Assembly (NCBI GenBank): GCA_002269645.1
Contig: NIVC01001499.1
Location: 124,001-188,000 of the forward strand
DNA: 64,000 nucleotides
Reading direction: 5' to 3'
From: Macrostomum lignano
Taxonomy: Eukaryota
In this document: in pieces, positions 1 through 13,109 of the stretch
Layout: the number at the start of each line of letters is the position of its first letter
Numbering within the stretch: position 1 is the first letter of the stretch
Translations under genes and position numbers: made by a program
Notes under the pieces: generated by a model
What the model was told of the DNA's origin: nothing
Databases searched by the model: none
What the model saw: only the letters and a program-made list of their open reading frames with translations

Positions 1-195
1 CGGCGTCGATCGAATAGAAAGCCAGGTGTGCTCAGCTTCACTGATGGTGAAGACAGCGATGATGATGATGATGATAACAGCAAGCTGAAACCGGACAGAC
101 TGGACGGCATTTTTGTGTTTGCCTATCCTGTGGGATTTCTGGCATTCAATGCCGTTTATTGGGCTGCGTATATGCTGCTAGGCAAGTCTGACTGA
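1..195 (+). CDS. Cys-loop ligand-gated ion channel, C-terminal part (end of M3-M4 loop plus TM4); partial, begins upstream of the window
   Basis: Frame 1 reads RRRSNRKPGVLSFTDGEDSDDDDDDNSKLKPDRLDGIFVFAYPVGFLAFNAVYWAAYMLLGKSD*. The D..(F)..YP..F..FN..YW..Y pattern is the TM4 signature of anion-selective Cys-loop subunits (GABA-A/GlyR/GluCl-like). Stop TGA at 193-195. Confidence 0.8.
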   Translation, partial: RRRSNRKPGVLSFTDGEDSDDDDDDNSKLKPDRLDGIFVFAYPVGFLAFNAVYWAAYMLLGKSD

Positions 196-879
196 CTGAC
201 TGACATGAGTGAGTGGGTGGCTGACTGACTGACTGACTGACTGACTGACTGACTGACTGACTGACTGACTGACTGACTGACTGACTGACTGACTGACTGA
301 CTGACTGACTGACTGACTGACTGACTGACTGACTGACTGACTGACTGACTGACTGACTGACTGACTGACTGACTGACTGACTGACTGACTGACTGACTGA
401 CTGACTGACTGACTGACTGACTGACTGACTGACTGACTGACTGACTGACTGACTGACTGACTGACTGACTGACTGACTGACTGACTGACTGACTGACTGA
501 CTGACTGACTGACTGACTGACTGACTGACTGACTGACTGACTGACTGACTGACTGACTGACTGACTGACTGACTGACTGACTGACTGACTGACTGACTGA
601 CTGACTGACTGACTGACTGACTGACTGACTGACTGACTGACTGACTGACTGACTGACTGACTGACTGACTGACTGACTGACTGACTGACTGACTGACTGA
701 CTGACTGACTGACTGACTGACTGACTGACTGACTGACTGACTGACTGACTGACTGACTGACTGACTGACTGACTGCCTGACTGACTGACTGACTGACTGA
801 CTGACTGACTGACTGACTGACTGACTGACTGACTGACTGACTGACTGACTGACTGACTGACTGACTGACTGACTGACTC
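189..879. repeat. (GACT)n tetranucleotide microsatellite, ~690 bp
   Basis: Near-perfect GACT array with one interruption near 205-222. Confidence 0.98.
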
Positions 880-1439
880 ATTGTCATCACAATATAACGA
901 TAGCACAACTTATTTTGTTGATTTTTAAAAATTATAAACTTAACTCAATCAACTCGATGTAAGCATATATATATATATATACTTTGTCCTTGTCCAAATG
1001 CATCCCGTAATTTTTCATATTTCACCCTGAGACCTACACATAATTTTGACGTTACTTGAAGCGAAAATCTTGCAGAACTTCTTCTAATGTGCAAAGAAAC
1101 AGCTAGCTTTCAAATTTTCTGATCTGTTTATACTGACAGCTACAGAAAATGCTTTTAATAATTAACATGTATACCTTTATGAATAGCTTAGAAATAGCTT
1201 AGAAATTAGAAATAAGCTATTTTACATGTAATAATTACTTGCGTACAAGTGGCTAAATGGATATTGTTGAAATTAGATTTTTATAAGCTCGACTTAGTAT
1301 GCAATTTATGCGTGTGTGTTTACTTAAGCAAGAAATACATGTACAAGTATAATTGACTAATTTTGCGTGTGTACATGTGTACATTCTAATTTTCTGACCG
1401 TTTTAGCTGACTGAAACAATAACCACACCCACACACACA

Positions 1440-3606
1440 AGCTTTAGAATGACACCATTGAAGCTGAAAAAGAAACAGTATTTCCTGAGATATTCGACTC
1501 TAAAGTGTGCTTTGCTTTTGAGTCAATAACGCTTGACGTTTTATGTCGAAATATACGCCAAGAAATTGTGACACCATTTTTTGCTTACGAAACATAAAAC
1601 TTAACTCGCTCTTTTACGCACGTCCCAGCTTTAAAATGACACCTCAGGCGTCGCCAAAGACGCCACCGTTCGTGAGATATTCGACTCGAAACATTGCTCG
1701 GCGTGTACAGACATTCACCTTATAAATCAAATGTATTCCCAATCTTTGTGCACGTGCTCCACCTGTGTTTTTCAGTCAATTCCGATGAAATTTAACTCGC
1801 TCTTTTACGCATGTCCCAGCTTTAAAATGACACCTCAGGCGTCGCCAAAGACGCCACCGTTCGTGAGATATTCGACTCGAAACATTGCTCGGCGTGTACA
1901 GACATTCACCTTGAGAAGTCAATTGCAGTCAATCTTGGCGAAACTTTAATGAAGATATTTGACTCGAAACATTGCTCGTCGTTTAGTTCGAGCCGTTATA
2001 AACTTTTGACCGAAACAGTAAATTCTATTTTTTGATTTTTTTAATGGAGGCGAATCACCTGAATGATTGATAATTTTCGAGAGTAAATATAATAATATTA
2101 TTACATAACATTATAACATATTAATAATACGAGCGACAGTGTCACATCATTATTCACTGACTTCCGCTTAAATTTTGGCATACCTGCAATTAAAAGGGCT
2201 TTTAATAAATGATGCAGTTATCATATTGCCAGCGGAAACAAGTTTTAGATGTCAATCTGGGAGCACGTTTTACAGACGGCGCTAGCAGCACTTCGGTCCC
2301 AACAGATTTTGTGGTGCCAGAAGAGGCAGGATGGACAGGAAGTGTCTATAGGCCGCACTGACTCCACGAGAGGAAATAATTGGCCGAATGCGCATCTCCT
2401 CAGCTAAGGTTAGCCGTCGAAATGTTGGATGGTCGCAGTTTTCATGGCAGAATACGCCTTCTCCGTTAACTACCAGTCCCATTGTTCTGAACTTCTTGGA
2501 GCTCTTTCCATGGAAAAAGTGTACACTCTGCTGCAGCCCACTACTTTACAAGAGGCCTTCACCGTCCAAAAGTTGCAAGATCTTTTTCGAGATGATGGGG
2601 CTTGAATGGTAATATCCTCTCATTCGAAGAACACACGAAGACAGTGTACGCAACGACTTACACAATGCTTCATTGAGCTGCGCCTTACAAAACATATACT
2701 TAGATCCATCTGAACTCTCAGCCAATTGGATGGCATCCAGGTCAGGTTTCAGCAGCGAAAACCTTCCAAGAACTCTTCCGCTGCTGCATGAGTTTGAGTC
2801 GAATGAAAGGCACTGGACATCATCAGAAGAGTTTGGCCTGCTATTTTCCTGATTGCTTTGATTCGAGTCACAATCGAGTTCGCTCATCTCAGATTCAGAA
2901 GAGACAGCTGGCGTTGGAGCGCAGTGAACGGAAGACTGTTGACAACTAAGACTCCGCTTTGAGAACAGTTTGATCCAATTAAATATTTTCATGCGACTGT
3001 TAAGGTTATTGCGCATTCCGAGTTGTGAAGCCAAAGAAGAAAATATCGGTGAACTACTGCGGTAGTCTTTTGGGATAGACTGAAAAACACAGGTGGAGCA
3101 CGTGCACAAAGATTGGGAATACATTTGATTTATAAGGTGAATGTCTGTACACGCCGAGCAATGTTTCGAGTCGAATATCTCACGAACGGTGGCGTCTTTG
3201 GCGACGCCTGAGGTGTCATTTTAAAGCTGGGACATGCGTAAAAGAGCGAGTTAAATTTCATCGGAATTGACTGAAAAACACAGGTGGAGCACGTGCACAA
3301 AGATTGGGAATACATTTGATTTATAAGGTGAATGTCTGTACACGCCGAGCAATGTTTCGAGTCGAATATCTCACGAACGGTGGCGTCTTTGGCGACGCCT
3401 GAGGTGTCATTTTAAAGCTGGGACGTGCGTAAAAGAGCGAGTTAAGTTTTATGTTTCGTAAGCAAAAAATGGTGTCACAATTTCTTGGCGTATATTTCGA
3501 CATAAAACGTCAAGCGTTATTGACTCAAAAGCAAAGCACACTTTAGAGTCGAATATCTCAGGAAATACTGTTTCTTTTTCAGCTTCAATGGTGTCATTCT
3601 AAAGCT
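1440..3606. repeat. Long inverted repeat (473-bp arms at 1440-1912 and 3134-3606) built from a 191-bp tandem unit, with a 1.2-kb spacer; fold-back-like
   Basis: The arms are exact reverse complements as read, and mirrored ORFs 1543..1725(+) and 3321..3503(-) translate identically. Unit offset is 191 (1631 vs 1822; 3124 vs 3315). Decayed units continue to ~3990 on the right. Confidence 0.9.
2282..3075 (-). pseudogene. Interrupted ORF in the inverted-repeat spacer, possibly a transposase-derived remnant
   Basis: ORF 2546..3124 and ORF 2282..2482 share a frame and are joined by 21 sense codons after a single TAA (2546-2548). The segment CHENCDHPTFRRLTLAEEMRIRPIISSRGV loosely resembles the H-x-H/RxLT region of MULE-type transposases (inference). 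Confidence 0.35.
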
Positions 3607-4230
3607 GGGATGTGCGTAAGAATGGAACTATAAATTCATTTAATTTGAGAGCGAAATGGAGTTCTGACATCAGCAAATATGTGCTGTTTCTTGACTTGCC
3701 TTCAAAAAAGCAAATCGCCAAGCACACTTTAAAAGAAAATAATTCAAGAAGTAAAGTATTTTATTAGACGTGTGATGCGGCATTTTACAGCTGAAACATG
3801 CGTAAGAGTTAGTCCACTGTCTTTTTGGGATACGGGGCACATTTATGGGATGTAAAAATTGAATCATTTTCAGAAAACGTTGAAGAGATGCTGAATCAGG
3901 GTGTTGCCAAGCAATCTTTGAAACAATGCACTTCGTAAAGTTTTTTATTTTATAAAACAAATTTGGGCTCATTTGATTGCAAACACATGCGTAAACATCT
4001 GCCAAAAATATGGTTCCGTTTGGTCCATTTTGTTAAAAGTAGTAGATGATCGTTTTGAATATCTGTCTGAATATCTGTTGGGAAACCCTCACATTCTTTT
4101 GTTTGTGTTTATTTTAATCTCGGAAAGAACACACGCTTAAAATAACACACGTGCATCACTTGAGTCGCGAGTCCTACAACCGCACTTTTAACTTGACGAG
4201 CGTAATAGTGTAACGCCAGCTAGAATTATC

Positions 4231-7200
4231 ATGCAGAAAGTTGTGTCCAAGTCAGAAATACTTCGCTTGGTTTGCCAGTGCATGACTAAGATAGGAACCA
4301 ATCCAAAGCATGCTAATCAGTTAGCAACGCTACTATACTGTGCTGACTATCGAGGACATTATAGCCATGGTCTTAACAGGCTTGGTGCGTTTTTATTACC
4401 AGTATACTCACGAAATAACGTCTATGAACATGTACGATATAACTCTTAGGCTAAACCTTGCTATTTTTCGCATGCTTTTTGCTTTACTTCGATAAAAAAC
4501 TCTATTCTCATTTATAGCCTTATAGGCATAGGCCTACTAAGTGTTTAACAAAGGAAGAGCTTATGCCCATAGCATTCTAGCATAGCATAGTTAAACCTAG
4601 GCTAGGCGGCCCTTAGAGCTAACTAGATATATATTCATGATTTTTCACAATATTAAATATTGCATGAATAGGCCTATGAATATTACAACTAGCTACATCA
4701 CTATCAGTCAGTGGACAGTGTTGACAAATGACAAATGTGTTTAAAAAATGACTAGGCCTAGTCCTAAAGTCAAGAGTCAAGACAAAGTATTATGTAGGCC
4801 TAGCTAGAAACGAAATCTAGTCAATCTAGCAACAAGACAATCTAGCAACAATCAATTTGGCAATAGTAAATCTAGTGACCCATAGTCCGGTCTGGATCAT
4901 GCTGGACTTACGCCGGAGGAAAAATCCAACATTTTTTGGCACTTACGCCAGACTTATGCCAACCAAAAAAAGGTACCTCTGACTTACGCCACCCAAAAAA
5001 GGTCAATCACAATTCGGTGATTAATTAAATTCAGAAGTTGCAACTGTTTAAAAATCTCACAAGTTGCAAATTCTGAATCAAGAATCAAAGTAAGCATCTT
5101 GAAGCTAAAAAACTTTTGCTATCCTACAATAGATATTCTGCTATCTCATTTATATAAACTGCAATATTTTAATGAACTTTGTTTTACTGCTGCTCTTTAA
5201 CATCATAATTAACGCAAATGTGTAATGTTCTATAGTGATACATTTGATTATGAATGATCTCATTTGTGCCAACATTTATGCCACTTGATTTATGCCATGT
5301 ACTTACGCCAAGCACTTATGCCAAGGCACATTTTGGCCTATATTTATGCCAAGCACTTACACCAGCCTCCGATCCCAAACCAGATTTATGCTGGAGATCT
5401 CCAGCGTAAATGACATGATCCGGACTATGGCTAGTGACTACATTTTTGTTTATTATAAATTAACTTTGCAACAGGACAGCAAATGTATTATCATCATTAG
5501 ATAGAAGTGGTGCCAGGGATCATAATAATGCTCACAACAGCTGACCAATCACAATCATATTCAATTGCGAACTACTCACTGTCTTCTTACTGTCATAAAA
5601 CTTTTCAACAGATGTTTAAATTAAACTTTTGTTTATTATTTCATTTTAGGCCTACAGTCCCCTTATATTTGTCCTAGGCCCCTATAGAACATGGCACTTT
5701 CATTATATAATCCCTTATATAAAAAATAAGAGTCTTGTTTGCATATCAGTATTAAATATATTTGAAGCACAATTACCCTAATTAATTATAAGCCACAATT
5801 CTTGGCAATAGTAGGGATATCTCTATATTCACTTTTATTATACGATCATTCAAATGGAAGAAATATATGGAAAGGGATTGGATAATGAAACTTGGGCTTT
5901 TCATCAATTTTGTAATACAATCCCCCAAGTCAAAAGTGTGTTTTCAAAAGATCATATACCTAACATGCAAAATAACCCCTGTAAAAATTTTAGCAATGGC
6001 CAATAAAAAGAATTCTCCTAGGTTGTTTCATATAATTTGGCATGCAATGCATGTAGCTCTGCATCGGCTGCATGCATTGCTAGGCTAAAAGACTATACCT
6101 TGTATATAGATTGGCCTAACAAGTGGAACACGGTTGACAATTCCATCTTCCCTTTTTAACCCCCCCCCCTCACTTTCACTATACAATCCCTTTCTATACA
6201 TTTCCTCCACTTGAATTATTATATAACAAAAGTGAATATAGAGGCGTTCCTACTATTCCTACTGTGAAGAATCTTGTCAAGGCTTTATTTGATTGCCTTG
6301 TTTTGATTGCACTCAACTTCAAATAGACAGCAATTGAAACTGCCTTAATGCAGTGACTTTGACTCATGGATAACATTTTGTCTAGTGTCTTTTCTTTGAC
6401 TGCATCTTTTACACGGGCATTGTATAACGAAAGTGCCTAAGAATAGGGATCGTAGAACAAAAGAATGCCATACTTCTTTGAAATGTTGCAATAAACAAAA
6501 TTATGCAAACAAAGAAGATATCTCACAATAACTCTTTGCATGACGTGTAATATTTCATTATAAAAGTTATATTGATAAGTTATATAGTTATATTTTACTT
6601 TTCATTTTTAAGAAGTCATTTTGTCTACTAGCAGACAAAATGGCTGCATTTAGCCTACAACTCTATAAGTAAAAGCTAGTAAATTAATTATTTATAATAC
6701 TATGACTATCCTTTAATGCATGGCTATAGTATAGAATTATTCATTAAATTATTTTTTCACTAGAATTCAATTGCTTTCTATTTTTAGAGTCCAAAATATA
6801 AAACAAGTGAATAACTAATTGTTTAACATATACTGGCACAAAAATTGTTTTTTTATGGTCAATTGCTACTTTAAAGCTAGCTATGTCCATATTTCTATAA
6901 ATAGCACAATCTAGCTAACTTAAAGCTGCTAGTCAGAAGCCCAGAAAGTAAGCAATGGCTTGAATTAAATCCTAATATTAGCACATTGATGACTACTAAT
7001 TTTTCAATCTCAAACATATCTTCTATTTAGGCTCCCCTCCGGCACTATTACAGCCTTTGATCAGATATTTTATGCTTTGTATATGTAAAACTGATATTAC
7101 TTTAATAATTCCTGATATATCTGCATAAATTCATAAAATGATGTATCTTGGTTAGATAAAATTACCTAGTAGTTATACTATTATCTAATATTAAAATATT

Positions 7201-10200
7201 ACCTTCATGTCATAATGTGGCACTCTGGTTAGGCATAGCAACTAGAATACACTTGTGTGCTCCATGCTCAACTATGACTAATACCAACTAGTCTTGCTAA
7301 TAGGCACCTTGGTTATAGGCCTACTTGTAGTGGAAAAAATATGACTTATTAATTTCTACCTTTTACCCAATACTACCAAGCTATATTTAATAAGCCTAGT
7401 CCAATACATATTTAGGCATAGCTGTCATAGATAAATTTCTGTCAATTGATCATTGACTGATAGCTAATACTGCACTGGAATATATATTTGCTGCCTGACA
7501 TTTTCAAACCACTAATAGATAAGATAGGATAAAGGCTTGAGCATGGCAACCAAGATAGGCCCAAGCGTAGCTATCAATGAACCAATCACCTTGATGACTA
7601 TGTAGACAAAGAGGTATACTAGGACAGTTATTTTATGCATATTAGTTGGCGATGAGGTAGTAGGTTGCCAGCCAGTTAATTAGGTTGCAGGTTATAATTG
7701 TCACCAAAGCAAGGTCTTGCATTGTTATATCTATGTTATATAAGAATATCTATAATAACTATATGGATAGAAATTATTTAGCACACAAGTATGCTAATTG
7801 ATTTCCTGTCCCATGTAAATACCATCTATATAAGCCTAATAAGTAAGAGATAGCAAAATAAAATTAAAACAAGATAATTATATTTAGAAACTAGTTGACA
7901 TTATTATAGGCTAACCTAAAAACAATTTAATTTAAGGTTGATAAAAAATGAAAACCTAACTAGAGCTTAATATCTTATATTTCTACTAATTATACTATTA
8001 AGTAGGCCTATCTATCCAAATCCTAATAGTATTGCATAAGTTAATAATATAAATAATGGGTTGGTTTTATCATATATGCTATGCTATATTCTTAAGTGCA
8101 TTGCAGATAAGGCAGATCTTTAAGTCATTTATTGTTATTGATTTGATTTATGTTTTAAATGACAAATTTAATCATTTATTTTCTGACTTTTGGCTATAGA
8201 CTGATGTCTTTCTAGACTTGTAAGGCTTTTTTTCATAATGATTAAATTGAAAGCTCCAAATATCAACTTTAGCAAAGAATGCTGTATTGTAATAATATAT
8301 GTATATATCTGACAAATATATTTGTTTAATTAACACACAACTTTTACATTTCTCTTTTACTCTCTTTCTCCTGTTAACTGATTAGCTTTATGCTACTGTC
8401 ATTGGCTAATTTAGCTTTTTTAAGATAACCTTGAGCTATTCATTCATAGAAAAGTCAGCTAGATCCATTAATTATTTGTAATAAATTCATTGAACTTATA
8501 TCTGTTTTAGTGATTTTCTAGTATATAGGAAGAACATAACAATCCCAAAAATGGGGAGAATTAAAAATCTACGTTGAATAAAAGTCATCAATTTAGTTAT
8601 CTATAAGAAATTACTTTAAGTAGCATTTTTCAACCACAAAATTATGCATTTAAATGTTTATCAAAAAGTAGAAATGCACTAAACATATTCAAATGAAGCT
8701 TAAATCTCTCTCTCCCATACTTAAAAAAATGCATTATGATCATTGAAACAAATTTTAATTTGAAATTTTAGACATGTATATCAAGGATGTTGAAACAGAT
8801 GTTACTGCTGCAACAGGCAATCCAGTCATATTGAAGGAAGGCCCATCAACAGGTTTAGTTGATGGTCAAAACCTATTGGGACCAGTTGTTGGCAAGTTTG
8901 CTATGCAGCTAGCTATTGACAAGGCTAAACAATCTGGAGTTGGCTGGGTTGTAGCTAATAACTCAAATCATTTTGGCATTGCTGGTAAGTTCGACTTAAC
9001 TTTCTGTAGTCTTACTAGGTATTCTAAACATTATTTATTTTCTGCAAAATTTCTAGCAAAACCTTCACTATACTACTTTCAAGGCAATAAGTATTCACAA
9101 ATGTGTAAAGTAGTGCTGGAGTTAGTAAGGCTTTTGTCAGCCAAATTGATAGTTAAGAGAATTCCTATTTCGATGAGTTGGTAATTCGGCCATGGCCATA
9201 GTCATTAGCACAAAGAATGATCCCAGCAACCATTTTTTCATAGAAATCATGCTTAAACCAAGGACTTCTAAATCAATCAGGACTATGGATGAAATCTTAT
9301 AGATATATCGCAAACAATCCAAAGAGCAACGATTTCTGGAGTAGAAACAGAAGGAAGGATAAGAGTATTGAAATAAAAAGATTTCTTTCCAAGCTTTGGT
9401 TCAGGGCACTCAGTTCACTTACACAATCCAACTTCAAATGACGAGACTCCATCTAGGCTATCCACTGACAGATTCTTCCAGTTTATTGAAGGCATTTTGA
9501 TTTGATGTTCTCTCTTGCTTCTCTCTTATATATTCATTTTCGACTGATTTTCTACCATCACTCTTCAATGATCTTTTGATCAAGTATGGTAACTTCAGGG
9601 CACTTTGATTACGTCCCTTTTTAGTCATAGCAGCATCTTTGAGCCACTATGATGCGATCTGTCATCTTCTATAACAGATTTGAGTTTTGAATTATGTAAA
9701 CAAAGTGAGTCTATAGATAAATGCCTATGGCAAGACGGAATCTACTTCTGCACGAATGATGTAGTCATTAAATTACTATGAGTGCACAAATGGATTGGCG
9801 CACGCTTGAAATATCTATTATGTCTATGGTCAGAAGTGGGTTCTGAAAATGCTAAATACGATGGCTTTGATCAAGGAGTTCTATAATTAGCAACCTGGAG
9901 TGGAAGCGAGTTTTACCTCATGAGGCCACGTCAATTGTAAAGATAAGGAGCCAGCACTGAATGTCTATGGCTTTGGCTGACTCTGCCTATGCTAGTCTGG
10001 CCTCCTGAGGTAAAACTGAAAAACTCGTTTCCACTCCAGGCTGCTAATTATAGAACTCCTTGGCTTTCATTATCTGGCCTCTAGCGGTTGTTGGGGCCAT
10101 AGACATTTTAATCGTGCAATAGTCAGGCTTGATTGGTATAACCTCTAAAAACCCCTGCACAATAATACAAAGAAGGTAGAAGCGCATTTCCCCTCAGAAA

Positions 10201-12730
10201 TGGCATATTATTTAACAGATCGTTGTTGTCTTATTGCTACTTGCAGGCTGGTACGCCATGGAAGCCAGTAGTGAAGGTCTTTTGGGCATGGCTTTCACCA
10301 ACGCGTCGCCTTTGTTAGTTCCAACTCGAGCTGTCAATCCGGCACTTGGCACTAATCCGATCAGTTTAGCCGCACCGAATGGGCAAGAGCCATTCGTACT
10401 AGACATGGCTACCTCAGCTGTAGCTCTTGGCAAAGTTGAAATTCAACATAGGCGCGGCGAACCGCTGCCGCCTGGTTGGGCCCTGGATGCCCAGGGTCGA
10501 GGCACCACCGATGCTGCAGTTGGCATGCAAGGTCGCTTATTTCCATTGGGTGGTCCCGAGGAAACCAGTAAGTAAAATAATAGTCCGCTAAGTCAGTATT
10601 TTACCGTGACCTTTTTAAACTGGCGGGGCAAATATCTGTGTCTGTTAATAGTTGATAGAAAATGTACTTGATAACTTATGTACTTGATACTTCTGCTGGA
10701 TTTTCTGCAGTATCAACAAAGGGTTCGTCTCAATTAGACTTGGGGCTCTCGAGCAACTTGCCTTGGCGATTGCCACCCTTTCGCAGGCGATCTTCAACGC
10801 GCTGATGGATGCTGTAAACCATATTTTATTTTACATTTAGCAACCTTGCAATGTCCTTTGTGTGTTCACCTCTGTCAAGTGCTTCGATCACAAGCCAATG
10901 ACATTGGTTTAACAGCCCAGCACATGGTCCACTATTCTGGGGCTGGTCTTTTGCTTCTCCGCAGCAGTTGCAAATGAAGCTATATGAAGACCAAATTGAT
11001 GCTCGTTGTACCAAGTTTAATGCTGCCGTGTCAGCCTGACTTCAGACTGACTTTTCTGAAATTAGCTGCTCTGTGTCCTAAATTTAATGCTTTACTTGTA
11101 CCTATGCTGCTGAGACTATAAACGAAAGTTGAAACATTGGCTGTGATTATATGCTTGATGTACATTAACATTCCATTAAAGAGAGCTTTATCTTTTGTTA
11201 ATTTTTAACGTTTAAAGGTGGCTACAAAGGCTATGGATTGGCTTGTTTAGTTGAGATTTTCTGCGGCTTACTCAGCGACGCGAACTGGGGCCAGCACATA
11301 CGCAAATGGAAGACGCACGAGCGGAAGGCTAATTTAGTGAGGCTAAAATGTACTTTTAATTAAGTTTCCTGTATGCTTCTAACTGTATTTGTTCCCGCAT
11401 TTTCAGGGCCAGTGCTTTATAGCAATCAATCCTAGCATGTTTGCGGACGGATTCGAGAATCGAATGAGCCAATTTGTGCACGAGTTCCGATCTATGCAAC
11501 CAGTGAGTAATCTAGCTGATTGACTATTACCTTTTTGCGACCTTTTTGCTTGGTTTGACCAAGCTTCATTATTTGGTTTGCTTGGTTTGGCGGTCTGTTG
11601 ACATAGAAGGAACACCATCTGGATCTGTGCACAGCGAACGAAGCACGCTGTGTAAAAAAATCTGTCTATGTACACAATTGATACGTCCTGTTCACAGTGA
11701 CACCAGGAAACTGGGTTTGACAAAAAAGCGACAAAACGTGGACTTTAGTCCAATAAAGTGGATATCCACATAGACTCCACTTTCTGAGCTTAAGTGCTTG
11801 TTCTAACCTATTCCAAATTCAATTTTTGTCCCTTTTTGTCAAACCCAGCTTCCTGATGTCACTGTGAGCAGAGTGAGGTATCATTTGAGTACATAGAATA
11901 CTCATGGGGCTCCACTTTGTGAGCTTAAGTTGACAGGCCCTTTCCGAAGTCGAATGCATGTCTAACCTGATGAAAAAAATGTACATCAAAGTGAATGTCA
12001 ATCACTAAAACCAGTGTAGTGATAGGGAAAGGTGCGAATTCGTCATGTCTAAGAATAAATAGTCTTGTAGTTCTGTATTTTTTCCATTTCTTTATTTACT
12101 TTAGTCCGATCCCGACAAGCCAGTTCTGATTGCTGGAGATCCCGAACGAGCTCATATGAGCAGGTGCGAACAGTTAGGCGGAGTGCCTTATCATGACAGG
12201 CAGCTAGAACATCTGGTAAGTTTTGTGTTACAAGACAGTTGAAATTTGAATTTTCTTAATTTTATCTACAGGAAACTATCTAGACTACTGTACATCTCTG
12301 GCTCAATGTGATGTCTCTGAAAGTTTTGCTTTACTTCTAAAATATATCCAAACTTAATTAAATATGCGGAGTCAGAGTGAGTTGTCACGCAAAAAATCTG
12401 AACTCAAATGCAAGTTTTTGTCATGAGGCTTAGATTTAGAAACCTCTCCAGTGCAAAGCCTTAGCAATGAGAGAAGACTCTCGTGTATGGACGAGTTTAC
12501 TTTTTAGTTCTTAGGCCTACGGGCCTCTCTGGGTGAGCTTAATCCAAGCTAGCAAACAACACGGACTTAGAAATAGGTACATCTCTCTATCATATCTGAT
12601 TCAATTTTTATATTTAGCCTAAAGCAAAGATTTGAAAGCACGGAATATTACTTGCTTACTTTAGAGAATTTTACACTTGCAGAATAACGTGGCCAAACAG
12701 CTCGATGTGGATCCGATGAAATGTGTTTAG
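4231..12730 (+). CDS. Ldh_2-family (malate/L-lactate/ureidoglycolate-type) dehydrogenase, 7 exons, 353 aa
   Basis: Exons 4231-4384, 8772-8984, 10247-10567, 11218-11336, 11407-11502, 12105-12215, 12683-12730. All introns are GT-AG with consistent phases; total 1062 nt. Family motifs: ADYRGHYSHGLNRL, VDGQNLLG, NSNHFGIAG, GTNPISLAAP, LDMATS, GYKGYGL, VLIAGDPE. AATAAA at 12748-12753. Confidence 0.93.
4880..5430. mobile_element. Non-autonomous DNA transposon (MITE) with 8-bp TSD, hAT/P-type
   Basis: TIR CCATAGTCCGG (4880-4890) / CCGGACTATGG (5420-5430). Exact TSD CTAGTGAC at 4872-4879 and 5431-5438. Multiple subterminal TTA(C/T)GCC motifs at both ends. Confidence 0.85.
9872..10062. mobile_element. 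191-bp MITE with ~55-bp TIRs and 8-bp TSD
   Basis: CAAGGAGTTCTATAATTAGC...GCTAATTATAGAACTCCTTG. Flanks GCTTTGAT (9864-9871) and GCTTTCAT (10063-10070) match at 7 of 8 positions. Confidence 0.8.
10730..10900 (-). pseudogene. Tc1/mariner-like transposase N-terminal HTH remnant in Ldh_2 intron 3
   Basis: Minus strand reads VIEALDRGEHTKDIARLLNVK*NMVYSIHQRVEDRLRKGGNRQGKL. This is a paired-like HTH followed by a G-rich basic linker, with an internal stop. Confidence 0.5.
11660..11905. repeat. Degenerate inverted repeat (~85-bp arms), probable old MITE
   Basis: TCACAGTGACACCAGGAAACTGGGTTTGACAAAAA near 11692 is mirrored by TTTTTGTCAAACCCAGCTTCCTGATGTCACTGTGA near 11833. Confidence 0.6.
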
Positions 12731-13109
12731 CTGGTGCTTTTGACAGAAATAAAACATTATTTTAGCGCTTTTATTTATTTTTGCTAATATATAACACTAT
12801 ATTCTAGCTTTATTGAGAGGTGATAAGTTTTCCCCTATTTTCAACAAGTTAGCTGTTTAGAGAATATTGTAAAACATTATTTGATTTTCTTGTACCTACG
12901 GTGTTGCATTTTTGCGTCTTATAATTTTAAATCATGTAATTTGATGTCTTTTAAAGATGTACTAACTTGCCTTCATCAATAGTACCTTGATCTAAATTGT
13001 AGTTAAATTTAGTCATTCAAAATATATTTGCTTACCCCGTGCTAAAACAGTTTATTGATGAAATATATCCACAAAATTTAAAGATTTTTTTAATATTGTT
13101 ATTTGGTAA

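Noticed and set aside
156-908. Long SQSV-repeat ORFs
   Set aside because: Translation of the (GACT)n microsatellite.
9240-9800. Possible LINE ORF1 relic in Ldh_2 intron 2; similar coding-like patches at 17150-17650 and 32600-33100
   Set aside because: Multiple stops in all frames and no recognisable motif.
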